The notes: generated by a model from the sequence alone, not told the origin. 64,000 nucleotides of DNA from an uncultured bacterium (GCA_905182795.1 CAJJCZ010000010.1:21013-85012), one strand, 5' to 3'; shown: positions 1 to 15,358, numbered from the stretch's first letter. Numbers and translations are program-made.

Positions 1-294
1 TCTGATTTAAAAATTATCGTAGATGAAGTGGTGCCAATTAATCATGCAAAAAAAGTATTGAAACTAAAAGAGATTAATATAAAAATAGGCAAAAAAGTGA
101 CAAAAGATACCGTAGATGAGGTACATAAATATGCAATGGACAATCAAGGCCAAAGCTTATTTATTGTCCATATGCAAAATCAAGATGGATCTTCACGCAG
201 AATTATATCGAAAAAAATTAGAGTATCAAGTAGCAATCATTTCCTAATTATGTTGAGAGATTTATTAGGCGAATCAAACGTTTGGATTAGTTAA
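1..294 (+). CDS. dnaE: C-terminal fragment of DNA polymerase III alpha subunit (5' end lies outside the window)
   Basis: Frame 1 is open from base 1. The tail SLFIVHMQNQDGSSRRIISKKIRVSSSNHFLIMLRDLLGESNVWIS follows the pattern of DnaE C-termini as I recall it for E. coli (...[46 protein letters not shown]). The fragment is short and recognised from memory. Confidence 0.5.
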   Translation, partial: SDLKIIVDEVVPINHAKKVLKLKEINIKIGKKVTKDTVDEVHKYAMDNQGQSLFIVHMQNQDGSSRRIISKKIRVSSSNHFLIMLRDLLGESNVWIS

Positions 295-306
295 ATTATA
301 TCTATT

Positions 307-717
307 ATGAGCTTAAACCCACCAATTAGAATTTTAATGGCAAAGCCTGGTCTGGATGGACACGACAGAGGCATCAAGGTTCTTGCCGCCGCTTATCGCG
401 ATGCAGGAATGGATGTTATTTATCTTGGTCTTCGTCAAACTCCTGACAGCATTGTAAGAGTGGCTATTCAAGAAGGGGCTGATGTTATTGCCTTGTCTAT
501 TCTGTCGGGAGCACATATGACTATTTTTACTAAAGTGATGACACTAATCAAAGATTTAAAATTAGAGAATGTTTTAGTAACTGGCGGTGGTATCATTCCA
601 GAAGAAGACAGTAAGGAACTTGCAAAGATAGGAGTTGGAAAGCTATTTGGACCTGGTACTCCAGTTAAAGTGTCTCTGAAATATATTGAGGAATGGGTGA
701 AAGAGAACAGAAGATGA
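307..717 (+). CDS. Stand-alone cobalamin (B12)-binding domain protein, like the methylmalonyl-CoA mutase small subunit / C-terminal domain
   Basis: 136 aa. It carries the DxHxxG B12-binding motif (GLDGHDRGIKV), then SILSGAH and GGGIIP, as in the MCM C-terminal domain. Confidence 0.8.
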   Translation: MSLNPPIRILMAKPGLDGHDRGIKVLAAAYRDAGMDVIYLGLRQTPDSIVRVAIQEGADVIALSILSGAHMTIFTKVMTLIKDLKLENVLVTGGGIIPEEDSKELAKIGVGKLFGPGTPVKVSLKYIEEWVKENRR

Positions 718-1142
718 TCTCTAGCATTCATAAGACCTATTCTAAGGGCGAAAAAGCTTTTAATAATAAAAATTTTTTAGAAGCAAAAAAATATCTTATC
801 TCTGTAGTTGAACATGATGTGAACCACTATGCTTCTTATCTTCTATTATTTGAAATTCTTAATAAGTCAAATTCGCCATTATTAAAAAATGTTGTAACGG
901 AGCTTAAAAGATTAAATCCAAACATATCCCTTGATTACAGGCCGACACCTAAACCTAAAAAAATTATAAAGGATACCAGCATTGTTACTATTTCTTATAT
1001 CAAACTAATGCTACAGCAAGGTAAAAAATTACAAGCCAAAAAAAGTTTGAATGCAATTATTAAACATTCAAAAATAAAAAAACAAATCGTAGAAGCTGAA
1101 AAATTATTACAGACTCTTAATGGAAAAAAGGATCAAAAATGA
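714..1142 (+). CDS. Hypothetical protein, Lys-rich and helical (TPR-like)
   Basis: ORF 693-1142. The ATG at 714 forms an ATGA overlap with the upstream stop, so it is the more likely start. I recognised no motif. The gene sits in a co-directional run. Confidence 0.45.
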   Translation: MISSIHKTYSKGEKAFNNKNFLEAKKYLISVVEHDVNHYASYLLLFEILNKSNSPLLKNVVTELKRLNPNISLDYRPTPKPKKIIKDTSIVTISYIKLMLQQGKKLQAKKSLNAIIKHSKIKKQIVEAEKLLQTLNGKKDQK

Positions 1143-2227
1143 GCACAGAATATTTTACAAGAAGACAAGAAAAATTACGTACAGCTCTAGGAAAGCAAAA
1201 GGTAGATGGCATGTTAATCACCAATATTATTCACATAAGATATCTTTGTGGATTTACCGGATCTAGTGGTTCTTTATTGATGGGCCCTGATAGCTGTGAG
1301 TTTATTACAGATGGTAGATATGTTATTCAATCTAAAAATGAAGTTAGGGGAGCTAATATTACCATTGACAGTATTCCGCATTTACATATAATCAAGAATA
1401 ATAATTTTCTACCCAAAGATTCTACAATTGCTTTTGATGGTAAACATGTTTCTCATCAAATGTTTACAGACATTAACGAAACTTTATCTCATGTAAAGTG
1501 GAAGAATATTGTAGGCTGCATAGAGACGCTAGCAATGCAAAAAGATTCTAAAGAAATTGAAGCTCTTAAAACGGCGGTAGAAATTACAGATAAAGCATTT
1601 TCTGAAGTACTCCCTATGGTAAAAATTGGGGTAGAAGAACAGGAAATTGCGAATCAACTATCCTTTCTCTATCGTAAATATGGCGATTCAGACGCAGATG
1701 CATTTCCACCCATTGTTGGTAGTGGGCCTCATTCAGCTATGCCCCATCAAAGACCAACGGATAAAAAAATTGGTCCAGGAGAGTTGGTAGTGATTGATTC
1801 TGGAGCAAAATATGCAGGGTATCACGCAGATATGACCCGCACAGTTGCTACTAAAGGCTACTCAGAAAAACAAAAAGAAATTTATCACATAGTACTAGAA
1901 GCTCAGTTGAAAAGTATTGAAGGCATTAAAGCGGGAGTTTCATGTAAAGAGGTTGACACGCTTGCAAGAGACCATATTAGTGGCGCTGGATACGGTAAAT
2001 ATTTTGATCATGGGCTAGGTCACTCTTTAGGCCTTGAAATTCATGAAGACCCTCGGTTTAGTAAAGTTAGTACAGACTATTTAAAGTCTAACTATGTAAT
2101 GACGGTAGAGCCTGGTATATATATCGAAGATATAGGCGGCGTACGTATTGAAGATGATATTGTTGTTACAGATAATGGCTGTATTGTTCTTAACAAAACA
2201 TCTAAAGATTTCACAGTAATTTCATAA
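1139..2227 (+). CDS. M24 family Xaa-Pro aminopeptidase/dipeptidase
   Basis: 362 aa with the M24B metal-ligand pattern: VIDSGAKYAGYHADMTRT, HGLGHSLGLEIHEDP, VEPGIY, GVRIEDD. There is a 4-nt overlap with the upstream gene. Confidence 0.85.
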   Translation: MSTEYFTRRQEKLRTALGKQKVDGMLITNIIHIRYLCGFTGSSGSLLMGPDSCEFITDGRYVIQSKNEVRGANITIDSIPHLHIIKNNNFLPKDSTIAFDGKHVSHQMFTDINETLSHVKWKNIVGCIETLAMQKDSKEIEALKTAVEITDKAFSEVLPMVKIGVEEQEIANQLSFLYRKYGDSDADAFPPIVGSGPHSAMPHQRPTDKKIGPGELVVIDSGAKYAGYHADMTRTVATKGYSEKQKEIYHIVLEAQLKSIEGIKAGVSCKEVDTLARDHISGAGYGKYFDHGLGHSLGLEIHEDPRFSKVSTDYLKSNYVMTVEPGIYIEDIGGVRIEDDIVVTDNGCIVLNKTSKDFTVIS

Positions 2228-2230
2228 AAC

Positions 2231-5172
<2,942 letters not shown>

Positions 5173-5174
5173 AT

Positions 5175-6335
5175 ATGTTAAAATATTTTATCTTCTTTTT
5201 TTCTATTCTTTGTTCTCAAAATGCTATAGCTATTGATTCTAAAATAATAGCAAAAGACCTAGAGCGCCCACTTCTTGTACGATTTGAGCCAGAAACTAAT
5301 ATTATGTATATCGTGCAACAAGCTGGAAAAATTTTTATTAAAAATGAAGCGACTACTACACTTTTTTTAGACTGGAGTGAGCATATTACAATTAAGCCTA
5401 TGCCAGATGAGAGAGGGCTTCTGGGGATGGCATTTGACCCTGATTATAACAATAATGGTCTTTTTTACATATCTTACGTAGATACAGAAAATTATTCAGT
5501 GGTTTCTAGATTCAAAGTATCTGATAATAAAATGAAAGCTGATATCAACTCTGAAAAAAAGTTATTTTATTTTAAGCAACCATTCAACAATCACAATGGA
5601 GGCCACCTAGAGTTTAGTCCCATTGATAATTATCTCTATATATCATTTGGAGATGGTGGAAAATTTGGAGATCCTTTTAATCATGCACAAAATACAGGAA
5701 ATTATTTTGGAAAAATATTACGAATAGACACTAACTCTGAAGATGGATATAATATTCCTGCTGATAATCCATTTTATGGCTCTGAATATGAAAAACAAGA
5801 AATATGGGCCTATGGTCTCAGAAATCCATGGAGATTTTCATTTGATGCTATAAATGGAGATATGTTTATTGGAGATGTTGGTCAAGATTCTTGGGAAGAA
5901 ATTAATTACTTAAAGTTTGATAGTGCAGGTTTGAATTTTGGTTGGAATATTGTAGAAGGTAATCACTGCTATTCTAATCCAGAATGTGATAAAAGAATGT
6001 ATGTAGATCCTATGTTTGAATACCCAAGCGATGCTGCTTATTGGAAAAGCATAATGGGTCTTAGAGAAAAAAATATTACAGGATGTTCTGTTACAGGTGG
6101 ATATATTTATAGAGGAAAGAAAGTTAAGTCATTGTATGGCCTTTATATATTTTCTGATTTTTGTAGTGGGAAAATTTGGGCTTTTGACCAAAACAGTAAT
6201 CAAATTACAGAAATCACTACATCTCTTTTATCTTCTGATCAGCATATGATTGCATCTTTTGGAGAAGATATTTATAATGAGCTCTATATAGTAGACTATT
6301 TAGGAGCTATATATAAAATTCAAAAGGGGAAATAG
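5175..6335 (+). CDS. PQQ-dependent sugar (glucose/sorbosone) dehydrogenase family beta-propeller, secreted
   Basis: 386 aa with a signal peptide. Motifs NHNGGHLEFSPIDNYLYISFGDGG, GLRNPWRFSFD and GDVGQDSWEEIN are typical of the soluble GSDH family. Confidence 0.8.
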   Translation: MLKYFIFFFSILCSQNAIAIDSKIIAKDLERPLLVRFEPETNIMYIVQQAGKIFIKNEATTTLFLDWSEHITIKPMPDERGLLGMAFDPDYNNNGLFYISYVDTENYSVVSRFKVSDNKMKADINSEKKLFYFKQPFNNHNGGHLEFSPIDNYLYISFGDGGKFGDPFNHAQNTGNYFGKILRIDTNSEDGYNIPADNPFYGSEYEKQEIWAYGLRNPWRFSFDAINGDMFIGDVGQDSWEEINYLKFDSAGLNFGWNIVEGNHCYSNPECDKRMYVDPMFEYPSDAAYWKSIMGLREKNITGCSVTGGYIYRGKKVKSLYGLYIFSDFCSGKIWAFDQNSNQITEITTSLLSSDQHMIASFGEDIYNELYIVDYLGAIYKIQKGK

Positions 6336-7254
<919 letters not shown>

Positions 7255-7262
<8 letters not shown>

Positions 7263-8019
7263 TAATTGGGTAGGTTTTTATACTTTATCTTCAAAAGAGG
7301 TTATGAGATTTTTTTCTGTCTGGAGACAAACAATTATTCCTGGAGTTGTAACAACGCTACTATATATATTCGTATTTGGCGTTGCTCTTGAAAATAGAAT
7401 TTCAGAAATCAGTGGAGTGTCGTACAAAATATATATTCTTCCAGGATTATTAATGATGAATGTTATTACAAATGCTACAGCAAATGCAGCCTCTTCTATG
7501 TTACAAATGAAACTACTTCAAACACTCCCAGAGCTATTGATCACCCCCTTATCTAGTTTAGAATTATCTTTATCATTTATTATTGGAGGAGCAGTCAGAG
7601 GTTTTGTTAATGGGGCGCTAATTCTATTAATTTGTTGGCTAGCTGGCATGCCAATTAATAATTTACCTTTAACCTTGGTAGCTATTTTTCTAGTATCATG
7701 GTCTTTTGCTAGTTTAGGGTTGTTAATTGGACAACTATCTGACTCATGGGATCAATTAGCTTTAATTCAAAATTTTGTAATTACACCATTTAGTTTTTTA
7801 GGAGGAATTTTTTACTCTATAAAAATGTTACCAGCGTGGGCCATGACTATTAGTTTAGTAAACCCAATCTTTTATGCTATTAGCACTTTAAGATATACAA
7901 CATTAGGTGTTTCAGATGCTTCTTTTAAATCTTCTTTTATTTTTCTAATTATTTTTGCAACCCTTTCAACTGTCGCAGCAGTACGAACAATGCATACAGG
8001 TAAAAAAATAAGGTTTTAA
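7255..8019 (+). CDS. ABC-2 type transporter permease
   Basis: 254 aa with about 6 hydrophobic helices. It overlaps the ATPase gene by 8 nt, the typical ABC-2 pairing. Confidence 0.8.
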
Positions 8020-8048
8020 TTTTAATATATATGAGGTAAAATCTACTC

Positions 8049-9143
8049 ATGCGAAAACATCAAAAGGCTATCCTATATTTAGAGGATGGTCTTTTTTTTA
8101 AAGGAAAAAGTCTTGGTTCGTTAGGGGAAACATCCGGAGAAGTATGTTTTAATACTGGGATGACAGGCTACCAAGAAATTTTAACAGACCCGTCTTACGC
8201 AAAACAAATGATTGTTATGTGTAGTCCACATATTGGTAACTATGGTACCAATGAATCTGATGTAGAATCTTCGAATATATATGCGTCAGGATTTATTATC
8301 AAAAGCGAATCATTGTCCTCTTCTAATTGGAGATCTAGTAGTTCTTTAGAAGAATTTTTACAATCAAAGAAAGTTATTGGTATACAAGATATTGATACAC
8401 GAGCTCTTACTATCCATATCAGAAATAATGGATCAATGAAAGGGATTATTTCTACAGATGATTTTGATATTAATAGTTTAGCTGAAAAAATAAAAAATGT
8501 ACCCTCAATGGAAGGTTTAGATTTAGCGAAAGAGGTTTCGAGAAAAGAAAAAACTACTCTATGCAATGTAGATAATCCAAAATATAAAATCGCAGCTATT
8601 GACTATGGAATGAAAAGTAATATATATGATATATTGCTAGACAACGATGCGGAAGTAACGATTTTTCCTGCTTCTGTTAGTTCAGAAGAAATATTGAATT
8701 ATAGTCCTGATGGGATATTTCTGTCTAATGGTCCAGGAGACCCTTCTGCTGTTTCATACGGCATTGAAACAGTCAAAAAATTACTAGGACTAAAACCTAT
8801 GTTTGGAATTTGTCTTGGACATCAAATCTTAGCATTAGCCTTAGAAGCAAAAACATTTAAAATGAAATTTGGTCATAGAGGGATTAACCAGCCTGTCAAA
8901 AATTTAAAAACTAATAAAATTGAAATTACATCACAAAATCATGGTTTTGCAGTGAGCAATGATTCATTAGCATCTAATATTACAGTAACCCACACACACC
9001 TTAACGATGATACGATTGCAGGTATTGCATGTGAAGATATACAAGCCTATTCTGTCCAATACCATCCAGAAGCAAGTCCTGGACCACATGATTCAAGATA
9101 TGTATTTGATAAGTTCTTTAAAATGATGGATTCAAATGCCTAA
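8049..9143 (+). CDS. carA: Carbamoyl-phosphate synthase small (glutaminase) subunit
   Basis: 364 aa. The N-terminus matches the CarA pattern (LEDGLFFKG...[21 protein letters not shown]), with the GATase active site GICLGHQ and HGF...QYHPE. Confidence 0.95.
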   Translation: MRKHQKAILYLEDGLFFKGKSLGSLGETSGEVCFNTGMTGYQEILTDPSYAKQMIVMCSPHIGNYGTNESDVESSNIYASGFIIKSESLSSSNWRSSSSLEEFLQSKKVIGIQDIDTRALTIHIRNNGSMKGIISTDDFDINSLAEKIKNVPSMEGLDLAKEVSRKEKTTLCNVDNPKYKIAAIDYGMKSNIYDILLDNDAEVTIFPASVSSEEILNYSPDGIFLSNGPGDPSAVSYGIETVKKLLGLKPMFGICLGHQILALALEAKTFKMKFGHRGINQPVKNLKTNKIEITSQNHGFAVSNDSLASNITVTHTHLNDDTIAGIACEDIQAYSVQYHPEASPGPHDSRYVFDKFFKMMDSNA

Positions 9144-12100
9144 AAGAACGGATATAAAAACAATTTTAGTTATTGGTGCAGGCCCAATTGTAATTGGACA
9201 AGGCTGTGAATTTGATTATTCGGGTACACAGGCTATTAAAGCACTAAAAGAAGAAGGGTATAAAGTCGTATTAATTAACTCTAATCCTGCTACTATTATG
9301 ACAGACCCTCAATTTTCAGATAGAACATATATTGAGCCCATTACAATAGAATATATTGAAGCCATTATTCAAAAAGAAAAACCAGATGCTATTTTACCTA
9401 CAGTAGGAGGGCAAACAGCTTTAAACGTAGCAATGGATTTAGATGATCAAGGTATATTAGAAAAGTATAATGTAGAACTCATTGGAGCCAATAAGAAAGC
9501 AATTGAAACAGCTGAAAGTAGAGAGAAATTTAAAGAAGCCATGCTAGAGATTGGATTAGATTTACCATATGGACATACTATTCAATCAATAGAAGAAGGA
9601 AAAAAACTTCTAGATAATATTTCTCTACCTGCTATTATTAGACCGTCTTTTACTCTAGGCGGCTCAGGAGGTTCTGTAGCATATAATGAAAAAGAATTTG
9701 AAGAATCTATAGGTGAAGGGTTAAAAGAAAGTCCTACAGGCCAAGTGTTAGTTGAAGAATACTTATTAGGTTGGAAAGAATATGAATTAGAGTTAATTCG
9801 TGACCCTAATGATAATGTTATCATAATCTGTTCTATTGAAAATATAGATCCCATGGGGATTCATACAGGGGACTCAATTACTGTTGCCCCCGCAATGACT
9901 TTAACTGATAAAGAATTTCAGCATATGAGAAATGCGGCAATAAAATGTATTAGAAAAATTGGAGTTGATACAGGCGGATCTAATGTACAGTTTGCTATCA
10001 ACCCAAAAGATGGTAGAATGGTAATTATTGAAATGAATCCCAGAGTAAGTCGTTCATCTGCTCTCGCTTCAAAAGCTACAGGGTTCCCTATTGCAAAAAT
10101 AGCTGCCAAATTAGCAGTTGGATATTCTTTGGATGAATTAAAGAATGATATTACTAATAAAACTTTAGCTGCCTTTGAGCCAACTATTGATTATGTAGTG
10201 ACCAAATTACCAAGATTTGATTTTGAAAAATTTTCTTCTGCTTCTGGTAAATTAGGGGTACAAATGCAATCTGTTGGTGAAGCAATGTCTATTGGTAGAA
10301 CATTTCGAGAGTCATTCCAAAAAGCATTTAGATCTCTAGAATTAAACTTACCAGGGTTTTCTACCAAAGATCCAAGAAATGAAGATCCAGATATTAAGCG
10401 CTATCGCTCACTAGACATAGCATCTCTTAATGATGGGAGTGCTTTCAGAATTTTAAAAGTAAAGGAAGCAATTAAACAAAAATTTACTATTGAAGAAATT
10501 CATAATAATACAGGGATTGATCCTTGGTTTTTAAATGAAATAGCAGAGATTGTTTATTTGGAAAATCATCATAGTTCTTTAGATGACTTAGAACTGCTTA
10601 AGAAAAATGGATTTTCAGATATCCAAGTAGGAGGATTAACTAATCATACGCCTGAAGAAATTAGACAGATTAGAAATGAGAGAAATTTAAAACCTGTATA
10701 CAAAGTAGTGGATACCTGCGCTGGCGAGTTTGCCGCAGAAACACCATATGCATATTCTACTTACGAGTCTACTCACGATATTGAACCACTTGATGGAAAA
10801 AAAGTAATGATTCTAGGCGGAGGACCAAATCGTATAGGGCAAGGAATTGAATTTGATTATTGCTGTGTTCAAGCTGTTTATGGGCTTAGAGAGGCTGGTT
10901 TTAAATCTATTATGGTTAATTGCAACCCGGAAACTGTTTCAACAGATTTTGATTTAGCAGACAGGTTATATTTTGAGCCAATTACCTTTGAAGATATTAT
11001 GAATATTATTGAATTTGAAAAACCTGATGGAGTCCTCGTACAATTTGGAGGGCAAACACCATTAAAGATTGCAGAGCAATTAACAAATGAAGGTGTCAAA
11101 ATATTTGGTACATCATCAGCGAGTATTGATTTAGCTGAAAATAGAGAAGAGTTTGCCAGAATTGTTAAAAAATTAAAAATTCAAATACCGGAATATTGTA
11201 TTGCAAAAAATTATGATGAAATCATCAATTTTTCTGAAGTTGCTAAATTTCCAGTATTGGTAAGACCGAGTTATGTTCTAGGTGGAAGAGCTATGCAAAT
11301 TGTATACAATAAAGAGCAACTTGTGGATTACGTATTCCGTTCTGCTGAAGCAACAAACGACCACCCAATACTTATTGATCAATTTATTGAAAATGCATTT
11401 GAGTTTGACGTTGATGCTTTATGCGATGGAGAAGAAGTATTTATAGCTGGTATTATGCAGCATATTGAAGAAGCTGGAGTCCATTCCGGTGACTCATCTT
11501 GCGTGTTACCTCCTTATGATATGAGTGCTAAAATTAAAAAAGATATTATCGAGATGACTACAAAATTAGCGTTAGAGTTAAAGGTTGTAGGGCTAATTAA
11601 TTTACAATTTGCAGTCAAAGGCGATAAAGCTTATGTGCTTGAAGTAAATCCAAGATCAAGTAGAACTGTTCCTTTTGTCAGTAAGTATAGTAATGTCCCA
11701 TTAGCAAATATTGCTGCACAATTATCGGTAGGTAAAAAACTTAAAGACTTTAACCTAAAAGAAAACAACCTTAAACATATTGCAGTTAAAAAAGCTGTGC
11801 TTCCATTCAAAAAATTTAAAGATGAAAAAGTATTTTTAGGTCCAGAAATGAAATCAACAGGCGAAGTAATGGGTATAGATAATGAGTCAGGTATAGCATT
11901 TTTAAAAGCAATGCAGTCAGATGGGTATACTGTGCCGAATGAAGGGACAGCCTTTATCTCTATCAGTGATATAGATAAAAAAAGAGCACTTCCTATCATA
12001 AAAGACCTTTTGCTACTTAATTTTAATATCATTGCTACAAAAGGAACTGCAAAATTTCTTATAGAAAACGGTATCGATTGTACCTCTGTTTTCAAAGTTG

Positions 12101-12330
12101 GAGAAGGTCGTCCGAATGTAGTAGATGAAATTCTGAATGATAATATACAGCTAGTTATTAATACTCCAATTGGAGAAAAATCTAGATACGATGAGGAGGC
12201 CATAGGCAAGACATCAGTAATGAAAAATGTTTTAACTATAACCACTTTATCGGGCGCAAAGGCAGCTATAGCAGCTATGTCAAATTTAGATCAAGTTAGA
12301 GTAAAGCCGTTGCAAGAATATTTTAAGTAA
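9136..12330 (+). CDS. carB: Carbamoyl-phosphate synthase large subunit
   Basis: 1064 aa with duplicated ATP-grasp halves ([23 protein letters not shown] and [23 protein letters not shown]) and a C-terminal MGS-like domain. There is an 8-nt overlap with carA. Confidence 0.97.
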   Translation: MPKRTDIKTILVIGAGPIVIGQGCEFDYSGTQAIKALKEEGYKVVLINSNPATIMTDPQFSDRTYIEPITIEYIEAIIQKEKPDAILPTVGGQTALNVAMDLDDQGILEKYNVELIGANKKAIETAESREKFKEAMLEIGLDLPYGHTIQSIEEGKKLLDNISLPAIIRPSFTLGGSGGSVAYNEKEFEESIGEGLKESPTGQVLVEEYLLGWKEYELELIRDPNDNVIIICSIENIDPMGIHTGDSITVAPAMTLTDKEFQHMRNAAIKCIRKIGVDTGGSNVQFAINPKDGRMVIIEMNPRVSRSSALASKATGFPIAKIAAKLAVGYSLDELKNDITNKTLAAFEPTIDYVVTKLPRFDFEKFSSASGKLGVQMQSVGEAMSIGRTFRESFQKAFRSLELNLPGFSTKDPRNEDPDIKRYRSLDIASLNDGSAFRILKVKEAIKQKFTIEEIHNNTGIDPWFLNEIAEIVYLENHHSSLDDLELLKKNGFSDIQVGGLTNHTPEEIRQIRNERNLKPVYKVVDTCAGEFAAETPYAYSTYESTHDIEPLDGKKVMILGGGPNRIGQGIEFDYCCVQAVYGLREAGFKSIMVNCNPETVSTDFDLADRLYFEPITFEDIMNIIEFEKPDGVLVQFGGQTPLKIAEQLTNEGVKIFGTSSASIDLAENREEFARIVKKLKIQIPEYCIAKNYDEIINFSEVAKFPVLVRPSYVLGGRAMQIVYNKEQLVDYVFRSAEATNDHPILIDQFIENAFEFDVDALCDGEEVFIAGIMQHIEEAGVHSGDSSCVLPPYDMSAKIKKDIIEMTTKLALELKVVGLINLQFAVKGDKAYVLEVNPRSSRTVPFVSKYSNVPLANIAAQLSVGKKLKDFNLKENNLKHIAVKKAVLPFKKFKDEKVFLGPEMKSTGEVMGIDNESGIAFLKAMQSDGYTVPNEGTAFISISDIDKKRALPIIKDLLLLNFNIIATKGTAKFLIENGIDCTSVFKVGEGRPNVVDEILNDNIQLVINTPIGEKSRYDEEAIGKTSVMKNVLTITTLSGAKAAIAAMSNLDQVRVKPLQEYFK

Positions 12331-12333
12331 TTA

Positions 12334-15165
12334 CTACTTATAACTATCTATATCTGGACAGACACAGAAAAAATTTCTATCCCCATATGCATTATCAATT
12401 CTTGATACATATGGCCAAAATTTATTTTCTTTAATCCATTCTTTTGGGAATACTGCCTTATCTTTACTGTAAGGACGATCCCAATCATCACAAATATCTT
12501 CAACAGTATGAGGAGCATTAACAAGCACATTATTATCCTGAGGAATTTTACCTTCTGCAATTTCATCAATTTCTTGTTTAATTTGAATCATTGCCGAACA
12601 AAACCTATCCAACTCATCTTTAGATTCACTTTCAGTAGGTTCAATCATTAATGTGCCTGGAATAGGCCATGACATTGTTGGTGCATGATATCCATAATCA
12701 ATCAATCTTTTTGCAATATCTTCATTAGTAATACCCGAAGTATTTTTGAACTCTCTACAGTCAATAATAAATTCATGTGCATTTAATCCAGTTGTACCAC
12801 GATATAAAATTTTATAATCATTTTCTAATTCTTTTGCCATATAGTTTGCATTTAAAATTGCTATTTGAGAGGCTTTTAACAGTCCTTGCCCAGCCATCAA
12901 TTTCATATAAATATATGAAATCAATAATATGCTTGCGCTACCATACGGAGAAGATGATACGGAGTAAGAATAGTCTTTATCGGTAAGGCGGTGTTTGGGA
13001 AGATAGGGTTTTAGTTTATTGTTCACACATATAGGACCCATTCCCGGTCCTCCACCTCCATGAGGGATACAAAATGTTTTATGCAAATTAATATGCATGA
13101 CATCGGCTCCAAAATTACCTGGCTTACAAACTCCTACCATAGCGTTTAGATTTGCCCCATCCATATAAACCAGTCCGCCATTATCATGAATTAAAGCACA
13201 AATCTCATCAATATTATGCTCAAAAACTCCATGAGTAGATGGATAAGTGACCATGAGAGAAGACAATTTATTTCCAGCTTCTGCTACTTTGTTTGTTAAA
13301 TCTTCAAAATCAATATTGCCATTATCATCACATTTTACAATAACTACTTTTAAACCAGCCATAATTGCACTTGCTGGGTTTGTTCCATGTGCAGATTCTG
13401 GAATAATGCAAACACTTCTATCCGCACCATGTTGGTGATGATATTCTTGTATTGTAAGCAAGCCCGCATATTCTCCTTGGGCTCCAGAATTAGGTTGGAA
13501 TGATACAGCATCAAAGCCAGTGACTTTATAAAGCATCATTTCTAGTTGATCGATAATTGTTTTATAACCTATTGTTTGGTTAGCTGGAGCAAAGGGATGA
13601 ATAGTATTAAACTCAGGCCAACTAATAGGAATCATTTCTACCGTAGCATTTAATTTCATAGTGCAAGATCCCAATGGAATCATGCTATGATTCAGAGACA
13701 GGTCTCGTTTTTCTAACTTGTGAATATACCTTAACATCTCAGTTTCTGAATGGATACTATTAAAAATAGAATGTTGTAAAGTAACCCCGCCTCTAGTTGT
13801 ATGAAACTCTGGATTAATATTCTTTGATGCAGAATCTGTAGTAAATAGACTGGCGATTTCTTCTATTTCCGCATTAGAAGTTTTTTCATCTAATGAAATT
13901 CCCACCAAACCTTCATTATGATATTTGAAATTAAATAGTTTATCTAAAGCTCTACGCTCCAAAGCCTTTTCGTCTAGATTGTTTAGTTTGATAGATAAGG
14001 TATCAAAATATGATTCATTATTTAATATGATTTCATGCCCTTGAGCACTTAATTTTTCTGCAAGATTTTTAGTATGAACATGAATTGTAGTTGCAATTTC
14101 TTTTAATTTTTCTGGGCCATGAAAAATAGCATACATACTGGAGATAATTGCTAGCAACACTTGAGCAGTACAAATATTTGAAGTAGCTTTTTCTCTTCTA
14201 ATATGTTGTTCTCTAGTCTGCAATGTTAATCTATAAGCTTGATTTCCTCTTCTGTCTTGTGATACACCTACAATTCTTCCAGGGATATCTCGCTTAAATT
14301 CTTCTGTAGTCGTCATAAATGCTGCATGAGGTCCACCATATCCTAGGGGCACTCCAAATCGCTGACTATTTCCTACTGCAACATCTGCATTATAAAAACC
14401 TGGAGATTGAAATAGCTGTAAGCACATCAAGTCTGTAGCAAAAATTACTTTACAGTTAGATCCATGCGCTTTATCTGTAATCTTTTTATAAGCATCAGGA
14501 TTTCCAATTCTTCCAAAACGATCTGGATACTGAACAATACAACCAAAAGCGTCTTGATAATCAAACTTTTCATACGATATAATTTCAATCTCAATATCAA
14601 GAGGTTTTGCCCTAGATACTATAACATCGATAGTTTGTTGGAAGCAATTTTCATCAACAAGAAATTTATTAGAACTAGATCTATTCTTTCTGTAGAACAT
14701 GAGCATAGCCTCGCTTGCTGCAGTTCCCTCATCTAGTAATGATGCATTAGCTATTGGCAGCTCACAAGTTTGTGATATCATTGTTTGATAATTAAGAAGT
14801 GCTTCTAATCTACCTTGAGAAATCTCAGGTTGATAAGGTGTATATTGTGTATACCATCCTGGACTTTCTAAAATATTTCTCAATACTACGTTTGGAGTAA
14901 TAGTGTCATAATACCCTTGACCAATCAAAGAGCGAAAAATTTGATTTTTTGATCCAAGCTCTTTTACATATTTTAAAATATCATTTTCAGAAAAATTTTC
15001 ATTTCCAATAGAATCGCCATCAATATCCAGAATATTTTTTGGTACAATTTTTTCAAGTAGCTCATTTAAGCTATTGCACCCAAGAGAAGAAAGCATTTCT
15101 GTGACTTCTGCAGAAGTAGGACCAATATGTTTATTGTGAAATTCAGACATTGTATTTAACCCCAT
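12334..15165 (-). CDS. gcvP: Glycine dehydrogenase (decarboxylating), single-chain P protein
   Basis: 943 aa with the PLP-lysine region NLHKTFCIPHGGGGPG and an N-terminal HIGP motif. An alternative start at 15150 (MSEFHNKHIGP) has GGGG 9 nt upstream. Confidence 0.95.
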   Translation of the reverse strand: MGLNTMSEFHNKHIGPTSAEVTEMLSSLGCNSLNELLEKIVPKNILDIDGDSIGNENFSENDILKYVKELGSKNQIFRSLIGQGYYDTITPNVVLRNILESPGWYTQYTPYQPEISQGRLEALLNYQTMISQTCELPIANASLLDEGTAASEAMLMFYRKNRSSSNKFLVDENCFQQTIDVIVSRAKPLDIEIEIISYEKFDYQDAFGCIVQYPDRFGRIGNPDAYKKITDKAHGSNCKVIFATDLMCLQLFQSPGFYNADVAVGNSQRFGVPLGYGGPHAAFMTTTEEFKRDIPGRIVGVSQDRRGNQAYRLTLQTREQHIRREKATSNICTAQVLLAIISSMYAIFHGPEKLKEIATTIHVHTKNLAEKLSAQGHEIILNNESYFDTLSIKLNNLDEKALERRALDKLFNFKYHNEGLVGISLDEKTSNAEIEEIASLFTTDSASKNINPEFHTTRGGVTLQHSIFNSIHSETEMLRYIHKLEKRDLSLNHSMIPLGSCTMKLNATVEMIPISWPEFNTIHPFAPANQTIGYKTIIDQLEMMLYKVTGFDAVSFQPNSGAQGEYAGLLTIQEYHHQHGADRSVCIIPESAHGTNPASAIMAGLKVVIVKCDDNGNIDFEDLTNKVAEAGNKLSSLMVTYPSTHGVFEHNIDEICALIHDNGGLVYMDGANLNAMVGVCKPGNFGADVMHINLHKTFCIPHGGGGPGMGPICVNNKLKPYLPKHRLTDKDYSYSVSSSPYGSASILLISYIYMKLMAGQGLLKASQIAILNANYMAKELENDYKILYRGTTGLNAHEFIIDCREFKNTSGITNEDIAKRLIDYGYHAPTMSWPIPGTLMIEPTESESKDELDRFCSAMIQIKQEIDEIAEGKIPQDNNVLVNAPHTVEDICDDWDRPYSKDKAVFPKEWIKENKFWPYVSRIDNAYGDRNFFCVCPDIDSYK

Positions 15166-15178
15166 TAATAAAACTTAG

Positions 15179-15250
15179 TACCGACGGAAGGACTCGAACC
15201 TACAACCAAGGGCTTAAAAGGCCCCTGCTCTACCATTGAGCTACGTCGGC
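15179..15250 (-). tRNA. tRNA-Lys (anticodon UUU)
   Basis: The reverse complement folds as a cloverleaf: GCCGACG-TA-GCTC-AATGGTA-GAGC-A-GGGGC-CTTTTAA-GCCCT-TGGTT-GTAGG-TTCGAGT-CCTTC-CGTCGGT-A. The anticodon loop CTTTTAA gives UUU. CCA is not encoded. Confidence 0.9.
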
Positions 15251-15358
15251 AAAACTAGGCATTAATTTAAGGTGGAGAATCCAGATTCGGTAATGGAAAA
15301 AAGAGATTTCTTATTTTTTTTTTTACATTTTAGCATTTAAGTATTGGTCAATTATGTA

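Noticed and set aside
11631-12245. 204-aa ORF antisense to carB, surprisingly long for an AT-rich genome
   Set aside because: Its codons are offset so that antisense stops arise only where a sense codon ending in T or C is followed by Tyr, His or Gln codons. A rough estimate gives on the order of one such long open stretch by chance in a window this size. It lies wholly inside a highly conserved gene, has no SD, and its product is low-complexity and hydrophobic.
12348-12569. 73-aa same-strand alternative-frame ORF inside gcvP, and other 60-90 aa ORFs embedded in larger genes (for example 334-516, 2092-2487, 4440-4688, 8240-8566, 61202-61621)
   Set aside because: All of them are nested in well-supported conserved genes. 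They have biased, low-complexity translations and no independent start signals, so I treat them as frame-shadow ORFs.
15166-15178. Glycine riboswitch upstream of gcvP
   Set aside because: Only 13-28 nt separate gcvP from tRNA-Lys. There is no space for the roughly 100-200 nt aptamer(s), and no conserved glycine-riboswitch sequence is visible.
15251-15260. Bacteroidetes-type promoter motif TAnnTTTG (TAGTTTTG) at the 5' edge of tRNA-Lys
   Set aside because: The final G of the motif is the first base of the mature tRNA, so the implied start would fall inside the tRNA. Frequent strong SD sequences also suggest this lineage uses sigma70-like rather than Bacteroidia-type signals.
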